64,000 nt of DNA, taken from positions 864,001-928,000 of the forward strand of contig CAXXTH010000017.1 of the NCBI GenBank assembly GCA_963668025.2, read 5' to 3'. Origin of the DNA: Candidatus Hydrogenedentota bacterium (GTDB lineage: Bacteria; Hydrogenedentota; Hydrogenedentia; Hydrogenedentales; SLHB01). Made by a program: the position numbers and the translations under genes. This document shows, piece after piece, positions 1 through 11,371 of the stretch (its first letter is position 1; each line of letters starts with the position of its first letter). The notes beneath the pieces are model-generated. The model had not been told where the DNA came from and ran no database searches. It saw only the letters and a program-made list of their open reading frames with translations.

Positions 1-501
1 GCCATAGACCACCAGCACGATGCTCGGAGGAATCATGACCCCGAGGGTCGAGCCTGCCGCGACAGCGCCCGCGCTAAGCAAGGGGTGGTAGTTGTATTTT
101 TTCATGGAAGGAATCGCGACGGCGCTCATGGTGGCCGCCGTGGCGGTGTTCGAGCCACAGATGGCCGAGAATCCCGCCGACGCCAAGATGGTCGTAATGG
201 CCTGGCCGCCCTTCCAATGGCCGAACCATTTATATGTCGAGCTATAGAGCCGGTCGCTATATCCCGCATGATAGATGATCTCGCCCAGTAAAATGAACAT
301 GGGGATTACCGTAAAGCCATAATTCGAGAATACGCCCCATAATTCGCTTTCCGCCATATAGAGCGCCGCAGACATGTTGGTAGCCAGGGCAAAGCCCGCG
401 AAACCGGTGAGCGCCATGGCGAACGCGGCGGGAAACCGCAACAAAAAAAGCGCCACCAGCATCGCAATGACACCGTATAAACCAAGCATAGGGCCATTCA
501 T
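1..501 (-). CDS. dctM: TRAP transporter large permease (DctM family), N-terminal part; runs off the window edge
   Basis: Manual translation from ATG at 501, overlapping the dctQ stop (ATGA): MNGPMLGLYGVIAMLVALFLLRFPAAFAMALTG...FTVIPMFILLGEII, a typical DctM N-terminus. Confidence 0.9.
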   Translation of the reverse strand, partial: MNGPMLGLYGVIAMLVALFLLRFPAAFAMALTGFAGFALATNMSAALYMAESELWGVFSNYGFTVIPMFILLGEIIYHAGYSDRLYSSTYKWFGHWKGGQAITTILASAGFSAICGSNTATAATMSAVAIPSMKKYNYHPLLSAGAVAAGSTLGVMIPPSIVLVVYG

Positions 502-965
502 GAAAGAGGTTCCTTTCGGCGGATGCAAAGCGTGGCAAAATCCGCCGCCATGACCAAGGCAAGTATGGCGAATCCCAACGCGACCACGTAGATGACGGGA
601 TAATAGGGCAGCTTCAAAGTTTCGGTCACTTCGCCGGATTGCCGGAGTGTTTCAGCAAGATGGAAAACGCCATACGCCAGTGCGCCAAAAAAGGCCATGC
701 TCACCAGGTATTGCAATCCATCTAGTAGGCGGAGCAGCCAGGCGGGAAATCCCCGGGTGAACAAATCCACCATGATGTGGTCTTTGCAGCGCTGGGTTTC
801 GCCAAGGGCCAAAGCCACCGAGAGCGCTCCCAATAAACCCACCAGCTCATATGTGCCCGAAAAGGGATGGCCCAGCATGCGCGAGACCACATTGCCCGCA
901 CCCAGAAGCATCAAACCCAGCAGGGACACGCCTCCCAGGACAAGCATCACACGGTGTGCGTCCAT
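498..965 (-). CDS. dctQ: TRAP transporter small permease (DctQ family)
   Basis: 155 aa, four TM segments, motifs NVVSR..GHPFSGTYEL and HIMVDLF; lies between dctP and dctM. Confidence 0.88.
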   Translation of the reverse strand: MDAHRVMLVLGGVSLLGLMLLGAGNVVSRMLGHPFSGTYELVGLLGALSVALALGETQRCKDHIMVDLFTRGFPAWLLRLLDGLQYLVSMAFFGALAYGVFHLAETLRQSGEVTETLKLPYYPVIYVVALGFAILALVMAADFATLCIRRKEPLS

Positions 966-1060
966 TGGCTGAAGCTCTCAAAAAAACGAAACACCTTGCT
1001 TTCCCCTCATCATGCGGCGATACATGGCATGCCATATAGTTTCTTATATGCTTATAGACA

Positions 1061-1117
1061 TCGCAGGGTAAGGCTTGGCCAGCATCCTTGAATGGTGGGG
1101 CAAGCCCCACCCTACGA
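1061..1117. repeat. REP-like inverted doublet (GTAGGGTGGGGCTTGCCCCACC family)
   Basis: tcgcagggtaaggcttggccagca...tggtggggcaagccccaccctacga; a related half copy lies at ~11722-11743. Confidence 0.6.
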
Positions 1118-1153
1118 AAGTCTTGTATTGTAAATGGACGGTATTACGCCCGC

Positions 1154-2306
<1,153 letters not shown>

Positions 2307-2382
2307 TCATGTGGATAGTGCATTCATATAGGCTTTGTGGTGCCCGTGTCAAGAAAGCGCCAATGAAAGCGGCCATGAAGGG

Positions 2383-3484
2383 CTATTCCTTGCCCAGCTC
2401 TTGTACAGGAAATTTAAAAGAAAGGGGCGCGCCCTGCCGGTCTACCGTGAGGGTGATCGTATCGCCTACGAAAAGATCCCATATGGCGAAATCGATATCC
2501 TGCGAAGAAGCGGTCTCCTGGCCATTGATGGACGTGATCACATCGCCGGGGCGCAGGCCCGCCTCGTATGCCGGGACGTTGCGCATGATATTGACGATAA
2601 TGCATCCGCTTTGCGCCGTGATGCTTTGCTGGCGCAGTGCGGTTTGCGCAACTTCGCTGATGTTTTGCACGCGGAATCCCGGCCATGGATCGCGCCGGTG
2701 TCCATAGGCAAGAATTTCCTGAGCTACGCGCTTGGCGCGGTTGATGGGAATGGGCGAAACCCAGGCCGTTGCTGCCGCCGTCACGGGAGAAAATCATGGT
2801 GTTTACGCCGATGACCTCGCCCATGGCGTTGACCAATGGCCCGCCGCTGTTTCCGGGATTGATGGCGGCGTCCGTCTGGATCATCCGCTGGTACAGGCGC
2901 TCGCCCTGCCCGATGGTGGGGCTTAATCGGCGCTTATTCGCCGACACCACCCCCACGGTTACGGACGGCTCGGGGTCGGTGATCAGTCCGCCGAAGGGAT
3001 TGCCAATGGCCACGGTCCATTCCCCGATGATGAGGTTATCCGAATCACCCATCTGGGCGAATGGCAAATGCTCTCCCTTCGCTTTCAGGACAGCCAAATC
3101 CGTCCGTTTATCTCCTCCGACAAATTCGGTCTCGATTTGGCGGCCGTCGGGAAGCGTGACCGAGTGGATGTAATCCGCATCGGCTACGACATGGTAGTTC
3201 GTGAGGATATGGCCTTCTTTATCGAAAAAGAAGCCGCTGCCGGACGTCTCGATTTCCCGTTTCCGGGGCGAGGGCATATAGAAGAAATCCCAGAATCCGG
3301 GTTCGAGCGGGCTGGTCCGGGGCGACACGGCTACATTAATGCTCACCACGGCGGGCGCTGCGCGCTCGATAGCCTGGGTAATAGCATTATGGCGGGATTG
3401 ATCCACCGGCGTTTGCGCAATGGCGCTGGACGTGATCATAACGCCCAGCGCCATCGTTCCGAATATGACTTGTAAGCGCTTCAT
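2383..3484 (-). CDS. HtrA/DegP-family serine protease with PDZ domain, split by a +1 frameshift at 2752-2754
   Basis: Signal peptide, GSGF, LTNYHVV, TDLAVLK, IQTDAAINPGNSGGPL. Removing one C restores GLGFAIPIN and joins the PDZ (AGLRPGDVITSING) in ORF 2383-2784. Confidence 0.92.
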
Positions 3485-3512
3485 GATGCGCTAAACCTTT
3501 CCTCGAAGCTTC

Positions 3513-5609
3513 CTATTCCGCCGCAGGGGTTTCCGCCGGAGGCGCAGGCTTCACTTCCACGCTGGGAGTGGGTGCCGGAGCCGGTTTTATTTCCGGGGTA
3601 ATCGAAACCGCTTGCGCAGGAGGTTCAACCGTGATGGCTGGCGCTGCCGCCGGAGCCGCTGTTGCAGGCTCCGCCGGGGCTATCGCACCTGCCGGGGCTG
3701 GTTCCGCGGTTTCGGGTTTCGCGGGTTCCGCTGGCGGCGGGGTGAGCGCTTCCGCATTTGGCAGCAGTTCCGTGGCGTCCACTGAGGATAGCGCGAACAC
3801 CGGAAGCTTCGTTCCGAGCATAACCGGAACTTTGTTGTCTTTCTCCACGCCGAAGTTTACTACGTTTTCGTCTCCCTTCGCCGTGCGAATGCGCAAGACC
3901 GATGCCGGTTCGCCGCCAAGAGACGTTTCCGTGAACAGGATATCTTCCGCTTGGGCGTCCGTGATGGCGGCCACGAGATGTTCCACCGCTTCCGAATTGG
4001 CGGGCTGCTCGTTGCCATCCGCATTGAGTTTCCAGCCGTCCGGCCCGCTCGTTAGTTCATACTTCGCTCCACCGCGTTCGACGGTGATGCTGGCAAGGTC
4101 TTCTTCCGCCACATCTAAAAGCTGGCGGCTGAACAGATCCTTGAGTGCGGGGAAAAGCCGGGTGATATCGGAACGGCGCACGAGCAACACCGCTGGATTG
4201 GAATCCAGCCGCGCATAAACGCCATCCAGGAACGCCGAGTCCTTGCCCAGCGTGAGGGTATGCGCCGAGCCGTCCGCCAGCGTCACCGTGATGGTCCGCG
4301 TGGGCGCATCCAGGCCCGTGTCCACGCCTTCGGCGCTCGTTAGGTATTCGGCTGCTTTCCACGTGCTCATGGCGCGCACAATGCCATCGGCGGCGGTGGT
4401 TTGCAGTTCCAGCGCGACGGCGGGCTCGAGCGCTTTCCAGCCGCTTTCTTCCTTGGCCAGGCGCACATTGCCTTCCGGCTGGGTGATGGCCACCTGGGCG
4501 GCTTGGTCGGTTTGGAACGTAAGCCCTGGCAGTTCAAAGCTGTTCATCGAGGTTTCCATGCCGAACAGCATTTCGAAGACATTCTTGGCCACTTCGTAAA
4601 TCCGCTCCGGTTCACGTCCCGGGACGAGGATGTAGCCATTGTCGCTGGGCTTTTGGCGCGCGCCTTGAATGACGATGGGCGCTTCCTGGCCTTCCACGGC
4701 GATGGTGCAAGTATACGCCGGCGCATCCAGGCCCAATTCCGCCTTTTTCGCGGGGTCCGCGAAATCCGTGGCGTTCAATTTTGACAGGGAACGCACACAG
4801 TTCATGAATCCCGCTTGTTTCAGCTCGACGCCATCCGCGCCCTCAGCCACTTTCCATTCATATTGCTTTTCTTTCGGCTCGGGAGTGGCAGGGGTTTCGC
4901 CTTCCGCGCTTGCCGGTTCAGCGGGCTTCTCCTCGGGTTTCTCTTCCCGCTGCAACACGAGATGCTTATACGGATTCTTCATGTCGAACCGGGTCAGTTT
5001 TGCCTGGTCCAACTCCAGGACGCCCTTATCCAGCCATGTGGCAGGAGTGGGAGCGGCTTCATTTTCACCGCCGCGAAGCCCCGCCATGGCGCGCACGTCA
5101 TGGGCAATCAGATATACGTTTTTCGATTCTCCAAACCGGGCGAAGGACTGGCGGTTGGCCAGGCTCTTGCCAACCAGGAGTTCGCAGGCCGGTTTCGCGG
5201 GATCATTGGTATATGCCGCTACATGGAAGGCCGTATCATTGGCCAGTTCATAATCTTTTAGCCCCTCATCCGCTACTTCCTGTTCGCGCGGTTCGCCCTT
5301 GATGTCCGCCAGCGCATCCAGGAGTTCCGTGATCTTCTTTTCCGCCACCGGGGCATTAAAATGGTTAGCCGCCTGCCATTTATCGGGCGCATCCGCTGTC
5401 CGTTCGAGGACTACTTTTTCATCCGGTTTGCCGCCGGCATACAGTTCGATCTTCGTGATATCGGTTTTTGCTACGCCTTCCGGCATCAACGCGGTTAGCT
5501 TCACCGCATCTTCAATGGACGCCGGTTTATCTTTGGCCTGCTTGAGCACCACCAGCGCGGCCAGCACCACCAGAATCCCTACGAGAAGGATGATCTGTTT
5601 CGGTTTCAT
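3513..5609 (-). CDS. DUF4340-type repeated-domain membrane-anchored protein
   Basis: Start MKPKQ with GGAGG SD, N-terminal TM, repeated GL(D)xP..T(I)T motifs and a Pro/Ala tail; usual position after a GldG-type gene. Confidence 0.75.
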   Translation of the reverse strand: MKPKQIILLVGILVVLAALVVLKQAKDKPASIEDAVKLTALMPEGVAKTDITKIELYAGGKPDEKVVLERTADAPDKWQAANHFNAPVAEKKITELLDALADIKGEPREQEVADEGLKDYELANDTAFHVAAYTNDPAKPACELLVGKSLANRQSFARFGESKNVYLIAHDVRAMAGLRGGENEAAPTPATWLDKGVLELDQAKLTRFDMKNPYKHLVLQREEKPEEKPAEPASAEGETPATPEPKEKQYEWKVAEGADGVELKQAGFMNCVRSLSKLNATDFADPAKKAELGLDAPAYTCTIAVEGQEAPIVIQGARQKPSDNGYILVPGREPERIYEVAKNVFEMLFGMETSMNSFELPGLTFQTDQAAQVAITQPEGNVRLAKEESGWKALEPAVALELQTTAADGIVRAMSTWKAAEYLTSAEGVDTGLDAPTRTITVTLADGSAHTLTLGKDSAFLDGVYARLDSNPAVLLVRRSDITRLFPALKDLFSRQLLDVAEEDLASITVERGGAKYELTSGPDGWKLNADGNEQPANSEAVEHLVAAITDAQAEDILFTETSLGGEPASVLRIRTAKGDENVVNFGVEKDNKVPVMLGTKLPVFALSSVDATELLPNAEALTPPPAEPAKPETAEPAPAGAIAPAEPATAAPAAAPAITVEPPAQAVSITPEIKPAPAPTPSVEVKPAPPAETPAAE

Positions 5610-5658
5610 TGTGTGTATTCCTCCGTGTCTTTTTATTGGGCTTCTCTGAGCCTGGCCG

Positions 5659-8199
5659 TTATTGTTTGTTGTTGAACGACATGGTGTACGCCGTGCGCGA
5701 CTGTTTCCGGACAAGGGCCACCACGATGCCAATGCCGACAATAATCAGATTGACCGCCGCATAGTTGATGGTTTTCCAAAATACCCTTGCGCCCTTGTCG
5801 GGACGCTCAATCGAGCGGTTCACCAGTTTCTGGCCGCGCACATTAATCAAGTCAGGGCCTAATGTCATGACATCCACGCTGTTCAAGACCATGTCGCGGT
5901 TGTTGCCGTACTCCACGAAGTTATCATTGAATAACTGGGCGCAACCCAGGACGATCAGCTTGCCCGGCGCGGGGGTGATAGGCGCGGCGGCAGGCTCGTT
6001 GGCGTCAGGCGGCTCTGGCGGCATGCCAGGGCGCGGCTGCGAAGGCGCCCATGCCGGACGCGGCTTGTCTTTGTACAAGTCCGGGAATTGGCCTTCCACC
6101 ATCACCATGAGCGGATACTGCTCGCCCTTCTCGGGCGGCTTGCGCATGAGCGCTTCATTGATGGCTTGATTCAACTGATCGGGCTGTGCGCCTTCAAACG
6201 GCACGGACCACGCCCGATTTGTCGTATGCATCAACACACGGTTTTCGAGCTGGAGCGACGCCAGTTTGTCGGTATCGACCGTGACCGCCGTTCCCCAGAA
6301 ATACAGCACTTCCGAGAGCCAATTGGTGACCGCCGTATCCGGATTCATATTGGCGGAAGTTTGGTACATCTGAATGGGAAGCGTGATAGGCTGGCCCATG
6401 CCCAGCAAATCGGCCAAGGAGCCGCCCTCGCTACGCACATTCACTGCTTGGTTGTTCACATCCATGAGGATATCCGGTGAGACGCTCAAGCCGTATTCCT
6501 TCAGCAATTCATTCACGCCCGGCTCGACATCCGTGCGGCTGACCGACGTGCCGTTGCGCGTGACGCGGTAATCCCACTCATAATTCTGGACGGCAAGAAA
6601 CACGGGCTTGCCCGACGCCAGCGCGCGGCTGATTTCGTAACGCTGCCGTTCCTGGAGTCTGCGCGGATATAAAATCACCAACGCATCGTATTCATCCGGC
6701 AATGGGCTGTCTTTTGTAAGCGACACCCGGCGCACGTCGTACTTCTCCACTTGGAGCCACTTCATGAGGCGCTGATAGGGGTCTACCGATTGTGGAATGG
6801 GCTGCCCCATCTGGGCGTAGATCTGCTTCATCTCCTCGGGAACGGTATCTTCCGGGGCCACCAAGGCGATAATAGGCTGCTTTTCCCGCGTCAGCTTATA
6901 GATGGTATTGACAAGCTGGTATTCGAGTTCATTCAGGTTTTGCGGCACGATTTGGGGGATGATTTCCTCCGGCTTGTCGCGGTATCCCACCAGGATGCTC
7001 GAATAGACCAATTTTTGGGTGATTTGGTCTTCATCCATGGCTTGGACGCTGAAAGGCGCTACGCCTTTATCGAGCATGCGTTCTTCGAGGGCCTTGCTAT
7101 CGTCTTTTTTCTCTTCCTTTTTCTCTTCACCCATCACTTCGGGCTTGGCGATGACATTCGCGGCGCGCAGATTCAATACGGAATACTCGAGTTTGCCGCC
7201 CGACGCCACCTTCAGCTCTTCGAGCTTGTCTTGCACATCCTGTTCGAGGGTGGCCAAACTCGCGGGCATCTCATCTTTCGGCGTGATGTAGTACTTGATC
7301 TGCACGGGGGCCTTCAGGGATTGCAGGATGTTTTTGGTGGCTTGCGAAACCGTGTAGATCTTGTTCTCCGTGAGATCGAGACGGCCTACGCTCTGGCCCG
7401 TGATGAGCCAGTTGAAGGCCAGGCCAATCGCCACACAGAGCGTAAGCGTGACCGCGAACGAGAAACGCGCCTTCGGGCGGCTGCGCCCTTCAATGTAAAG
7501 CATATTCAAGGCCAGGAAAACCATGGTCCAGGCCAAGAAATACAAGACATCTCCGGCTTCAATGACGCCCCGGGTGAAGGACGAGTAATGCTCGATGAAG
7601 CCGACCGTCTGGCTGAGCCATGCGCCGAGGCCGGGGAAGAATTCATCGATCTGCATAGCCACGAAATCCGTGCCCGCCAAGAACAGGCCGAAACATACGA
7701 GCAGCGTCACCACAAAGGCCACGATCTGATCTTTGCAGAAGCCGGAAAAGAAGATGCCTATGCTCAGGAAAAACGCCCCGAGGAGCAGTGCGCCGAGGTA
7801 ACCGCCGCACGTAGCGCCCAAATCCGGTTTGCCCAGGCTGATCAGCATGAGCGGCACCGTCACCGTGGACAGCAGCGTCAGCGCATAGAAAACTAATGTC
7901 GTAAAGAATTTGCCCAGCACAAGCTCACGGGCGCGCATGGGGAACGTCAGCAGCATTTCCCATGTGTTTTCCTTGCGCTCTTCCGCCCATACCCGCATGG
8001 TCACCGCAGGGATGAAAATGCATAACAAGATGGGCAGATTACTAAAAAAGTTGCGCATATCCGCCATGGGATACGCGAAGAAAGTGGTCATATACAAGCC
8101 CACGCTAATCAACAAGAACACGATCATGAAGATGTAGCCGATGGGCGACGTGAAATACGCGGTGAAATCGCGGCGGAAGATGGTCAGCATATTTCGCAT
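5659..8199 (-). CDS. ABC-2 permease (GldF-like) fused to GldG-type ABC auxiliary domain
   Basis: YFTSPIGY, AVTMRVWAEERKENTWEMLLTFP, then RLDLTENKIYTVSQATKNILQSL; C-terminal TM. Confidence 0.88.
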   Translation of the reverse strand: MRNMLTIFRRDFTAYFTSPIGYIFMIVFLLISVGLYMTTFFAYPMADMRNFFSNLPILLCIFIPAVTMRVWAEERKENTWEMLLTFPMRARELVLGKFFTTLVFYALTLLSTVTVPLMLISLGKPDLGATCGGYLGALLLGAFFLSIGIFFSGFCKDQIVAFVVTLLVCFGLFLAGTDFVAMQIDEFFPGLGAWLSQTVGFIEHYSSFTRGVIEAGDVLYFLAWTMVFLALNMLYIEGRSRPKARFSFAVTLTLCVAIGLAFNWLITGQSVGRLDLTENKIYTVSQATKNILQSLKAPVQIKYYITPKDEMPASLATLEQDVQDKLEELKVASGGKLEYSVLNLRAANVIAKPEVMGEEKKEEKKDDSKALEERMLDKGVAPFSVQAMDEDQITQKLVYSSILVGYRDKPEEIIPQIVPQNLNELEYQLVNTIYKLTREKQPIIALVAPEDTVPEEMKQIYAQMGQPIPQSVDPYQRLMKWLQVEKYDVRRVSLTKDSPLPDEYDALVILYPRRLQERQRYEISRALASGKPVFLAVQNYEWDYRVTRNGTSVSRTDVEPGVNELLKEYGLSVSPDILMDVNNQAVNVRSEGGSLADLLGMGQPITLPIQMYQTSANMNPDTAVTNWLSEVLYFWGTAVTVDTDKLASLQLENRVLMHTTNRAWSVPFEGAQPDQLNQAINEALMRKPPEKGEQYPLMVMVEGQFPDLYKDKPRPAWAPSQPRPGMPPEPPDANEPAAAPITPAPGKLIVLGCAQLFNDNFVEYGNNRDMVLNSVDVMTLGPDLINVRGQKLVNRSIERPDKGARVFWKTINYAAVNLIIVGIGIVVALVRKQSRTAYTMSFNNKQ

Positions 8200-8228
8200 G
8201 GGGTGATACCTCCAATCATGGGCCCGGC

Positions 8229-9176
8229 TTATTCGCCGACGGCTTTGGCTCGTTCTGTTAGGGCTAAGAAAGTTTCCTCGAGGGTGAGAGGCCGGTCAGT
8301 AAGTTCACGAATGTCCCAATTTTTGGTTTTGGCCAGCCGGCCTACTTCACGCCACATCTCGCTTCCGGGTTTGCCTGACAAAACGAAGCCCGAGAATCCG
8401 TTGTGTTCGCCGTCATATTCCACATGGTCCACGCCGTCGCATCCGGCCAGGAGCCGCTGAAGCTCTTCCCTGCTGCCCGCCAGTGACACTTTGATACGGT
8501 CCTGCTGTTTGATTTGCGCACGCAGTTCATCCACGGTGCCGTCGCCGACGATGCGGCCCCGGTTAATGATGACGATGCGGTCGGCGGTGGCCTCGACTTC
8601 CTGCAAGATATGGGTCGAGAGCATCACCGTGCGCCCTTCCGCGAGTTTGCGGATCAATTGGCGGATCTCGATGATCTGATGCGGGTCAAGCCCTGAAGTA
8701 GGCTCATCGAGAATGATGATGTCGGGATTATGGATCAAGGCCTGGGCGAGAGCAGTCCGCTGGCGGTATCCCTTGGACAACTCGCGGATCACCTTGCGGA
8801 ACATGGGACGCAAACCGCATTCCTCGACCACCAAGTCCATCCGCTCACGCAAGTTAGCCCCCTCGAGCCCGCGCGCCTTGGCGACGAACTCGAGATAGCC
8901 CCGCACTTCCATATCCATATACAATGGAAGCACTTCCGGCAAATATCCGATGCGTTTGCGCACTTCGAGAGGCTTAGCGAGGATGTCCATGCCCCCCACC
9001 TTGGCCGTGCCGGAAGTCGGGTGAAGATACGTCGTAAGGATTTTCATGGTGGTGGACTTGCCCGCCCCATTAGGCCCCAGCAAGCCTACGATCTTGCCTT
9101 CATGCACTTCGAACGATACATTGTCCAGGGCGACGACCGGACCGTAATGCATCGTCAGCTTTTCCGCTTTGATCAT
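8229..9176 (-). CDS. ABC transporter ATP-binding protein (GldA-like)
   Basis: Walker A GPNGAGKST, signature LSKGYRQR, Walker B IILDEPTSGLDP. Confidence 0.95.
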   Translation of the reverse strand: MIKAEKLTMHYGPVVALDNVSFEVHEGKIVGLLGPNGAGKSTTMKILTTYLHPTSGTAKVGGMDILAKPLEVRKRIGYLPEVLPLYMDMEVRGYLEFVAKARGLEGANLRERMDLVVEECGLRPMFRKVIRELSKGYRQRTALAQALIHNPDIIILDEPTSGLDPHQIIEIRQLIRKLAEGRTVMLSTHILQEVEATADRIVIINRGRIVGDGTVDELRAQIKQQDRIKVSLAGSREELQRLLAGCDGVDHVEYDGEHNGFSGFVLSGKPGSEMWREVGRLAKTKNWDIRELTDRPLTLEETFLALTERAKAVGE

Positions 9177-9293
9177 GGTTTTATCTCCTGCATTCTTTAC
9201 GCCCTAGCAATACCGCGCGCATGTAAGCCGCACGCGCCTGACGAGCGGACAATAAAGCCGCCTAAACACACACACCTATCCCCCTCTGCGAAG

Positions 9294-9309
9294 AGCATAC
9301 TCCATGCCG
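9294..9309 (-). promoter_or_regulatory. Candidate sigma54 -24/-12 promoter for the ABC operon
   Basis: Minus strand CGGCATGGAGTATGCT (GG-N10-GC) ~120 bp upstream of the ATPase start; overlaps a 10-bp inverted repeat at 9302-9331. Confidence 0.35.
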
Positions 9310-9462
9310 CATGTAAACGCTTGCGGCATGGGGAAAATAAGATAAACGCAACATATTATAAGATCAAGATTTACTAGAGTCACGCGCCATAAGGCCCCTC
9401 AATGCGCCATGGCCCATTTGAGGTTCCATACCCGATATGAAGCAGGCGCGTACGCAAAGAGA

Positions 9463-9624
9463 TTACCCGGCTTTTGTGTCATACGCATTAATCACAGTGA
9501 TCACGGCATCAAACGAAAAGACCCACCAGCTCCAGAAAGACTCCCATGTAATTTTATCGGTTGTATCGTCCGTAGTTTGCGCCCGCATCGGCATCGCCTT
9601 CGAAACAAACCGTACATGTTTCAT
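9463..9624 (-). CDS. 53-aa Trp-rich small protein of unknown function
   Basis: SD AAGGAAGGG before ATG; MKHVRFVSKAMPMRAQTTDDTTDKITWESFWSWWVFSFDAVITVINAYDTKAG; fills the gap between co-oriented genes. Confidence 0.6.
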   Translation of the reverse strand: MKHVRFVSKAMPMRAQTTDDTTDKITWESFWSWWVFSFDAVITVINAYDTKAG

Positions 9625-9663
9625 ACATCGAATCCCTTCCTTGTTCCACGCCTGCGCCATCGA

Positions 9664-10053
9664 TCATTCCTCACCGCTGTTTGGCTGTTTTTCCCGGATA
9701 AGCACCCGTACAATCTGCACCATTTGTACGATGAACAACCCGGCAAGCGCTCCATACAGCCCGCGAAGCGAGGTTCTATCGAGCCGCAACGCCCACACCA
9801 GCGCCATAGCATACACGCAAAGCCGGGCCAGCGTCCACGGAGGCCGAAGCGTGCGCAAGGCATCGCGTCCGGCGCGGGCAAGTTTCTCCATACGAAAGGA
9901 AAGGAACCAGAACGGTATGATTCCGCCCATGCCCCCCAATAAGACGCCTTCAGCGGCGGCGCGGCCCCAGCACAACGCAACGGCGGCCCCCATGCCCATC
10001 AACAGCAAAGAGAACAGCACGGTAAAGCGGCGGAACTGCCTTAATTCTTCCAT
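9664..10053 (-). CDS. ATP synthase subunit I-like membrane protein
   Basis: 129 aa, four TM segments, directly follows an AtpZ-like gene. Confidence 0.6.
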   Translation of the reverse strand: MEELRQFRRFTVLFSLLLMGMGAAVALCWGRAAAEGVLLGGMGGIIPFWFLSFRMEKLARAGRDALRTLRPPWTLARLCVYAMALVWALRLDRTSLRGLYGALAGLFIVQMVQIVRVLIREKQPNSGEE

Positions 10054-10274
10054 GTAGCCGCTTTCATCAAAACGCGATAGGCTTCATACCCCCCGCACGC
10101 CAAGCCAAGCAGCACGCCGAGCACCAGAAACACGGCCGTCGTGCCCAGTTTTTCATCGAGGTATTGGCCCAGCCATACCCCCGCCACGATGGGCAGCGCG
10201 ATGGACATGCCCAACTGGCCCGCCAGCGTGAGAGCCGCCAATGAGGCGGGATTTGGTTTTTCCCGGGAATCCAT
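10041..10274 (-). CDS. AtpZ/AtpI-family small membrane protein
   Basis: GQLGMSIALPIVAGVWLGQYLDEKLGT...LGLACG, the GxxLGxxLD motif of the ATPase gene 1 family. Confidence 0.8.
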   Translation of the reverse strand: MDSREKPNPASLAALTLAGQLGMSIALPIVAGVWLGQYLDEKLGTTAVFLVLGVLLGLACGGYEAYRVLMKAATWKN

Positions 10275-10415
10275 GATTCTACTCGCGCTCCAAACACTCG
10301 ATTTGACGCTATCACTCCATGCGTCCGGTGTCAAATAGGATTATACCTTCTCAAATACATTGTTTTTCCCACGCTCTCGCGGGATGCAATGACATGCCTC
10401 TCAACAAATGTGTAT

Positions 10416-10457
10416 AAAAAAGAAAAAAGGCCCAAGCACACCACATTCTTGGGCCTT
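10416..10457 (-). terminator. Intrinsic terminator after the 10490-11371 gene
   Basis: aaggcccaag/cttgggcctt stem preceded by an A-run (U-tract on minus). Confidence 0.65.
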
Positions 10458-10489
10458 ATGGAAGCAAAAATTTTTCGAGTTTATTCGGT

Positions 10490-11371
10490 TTAGCTTGTTT
10501 CCTTAAACCGCTTGATATACGCCATTCCCAATACGCCCGCCAATATCAGCAATCCCGCCGGTATGATCAAGCCAAAGGCGCTTATGGCAGGGACGGCGCT
10601 CGCAGGATCTTCCGCAAATGCAACAAGCGAGTGGCAATACCGGTTCACGGTGTCATCCGTCCACCCCATGGCAGTCTCACCCGCGGCGCCTGCTGCTTTT
10701 GTGCTGCCTGCGCTCAAGCTGCTCACGGCGGCAATATTCCACCGTTGTACATTGCCCGTGGCAGGATCCGGGGCATACACCGTCGCCTGGTTCCCCGTGC
10801 TGATGATGTCCACAATCCAGGCATTGTCGGAAACGGTCGTGATGCTGTTTGTAATCGTCGTGGGTACGCTGCCATTCAAACTAAATGATGCGGAAGCCTC
10901 CGGCGCTTGTTGTTTCACACCCGTCAACGACACGGCGCCCGCCGTGATATCTTCTGCTTTGGCATCCAGATTCACCACCACATCATACGCGCCGCCAGCA
11001 GGAAGATCTGCTTCCAGCATATAAAACATTTCTGTCATTAGCTTGTATCCAGTGCCTGTTTCGATGCCTGTATTCGGAACTTCCGTCATCGCGACACCGT
11101 TGTAGGTGACACTGGCGATACTGGGCATTACAGCGTCCACACTTGTATCCACTTGGGTTTGCTCGACCTGCACACCCACCACCAACGCGCGCCCCGAACC
11201 GCCAGTGATGGTGTGCGAGAACGTAAGGATATCTTGATCTCGCCCGTTGGAAGCCGTGCCCACTTGTGCCGATGAAGCATTGTCAAATTCAATTGCTGCT
11301 TCCGCATTCGAAATCATGAAGAACATCGCTATCAAGATTAGTGTCGTAGCAAACAAGACTTTGCTGCTCAT
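10490..11371 (-). CDS. Secreted beta-rich surface protein with IPTL/PEP-CTERM-like C-terminal sorting signal
   Basis: Signal peptide (AEA/A), Ser/Thr/Ala-rich body, ends VPAISAFGLII + TM + KRFK. Confidence 0.7.
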   Translation of the reverse strand: MSSKVLFATTLILIAMFFMISNAEAAIEFDNASSAQVGTASNGRDQDILTFSHTITGGSGRALVVGVQVEQTQVDTSVDAVMPSIASVTYNGVAMTEVPNTGIETGTGYKLMTEMFYMLEADLPAGGAYDVVVNLDAKAEDITAGAVSLTGVKQQAPEASASFSLNGSVPTTITNSITTVSDNAWIVDIISTGNQATVYAPDPATGNVQRWNIAAVSSLSAGSTKAAGAAGETAMGWTDDTVNRYCHSLVAFAEDPASAVPAISAFGLIIPAGLLILAGVLGMAYIKRFKETS

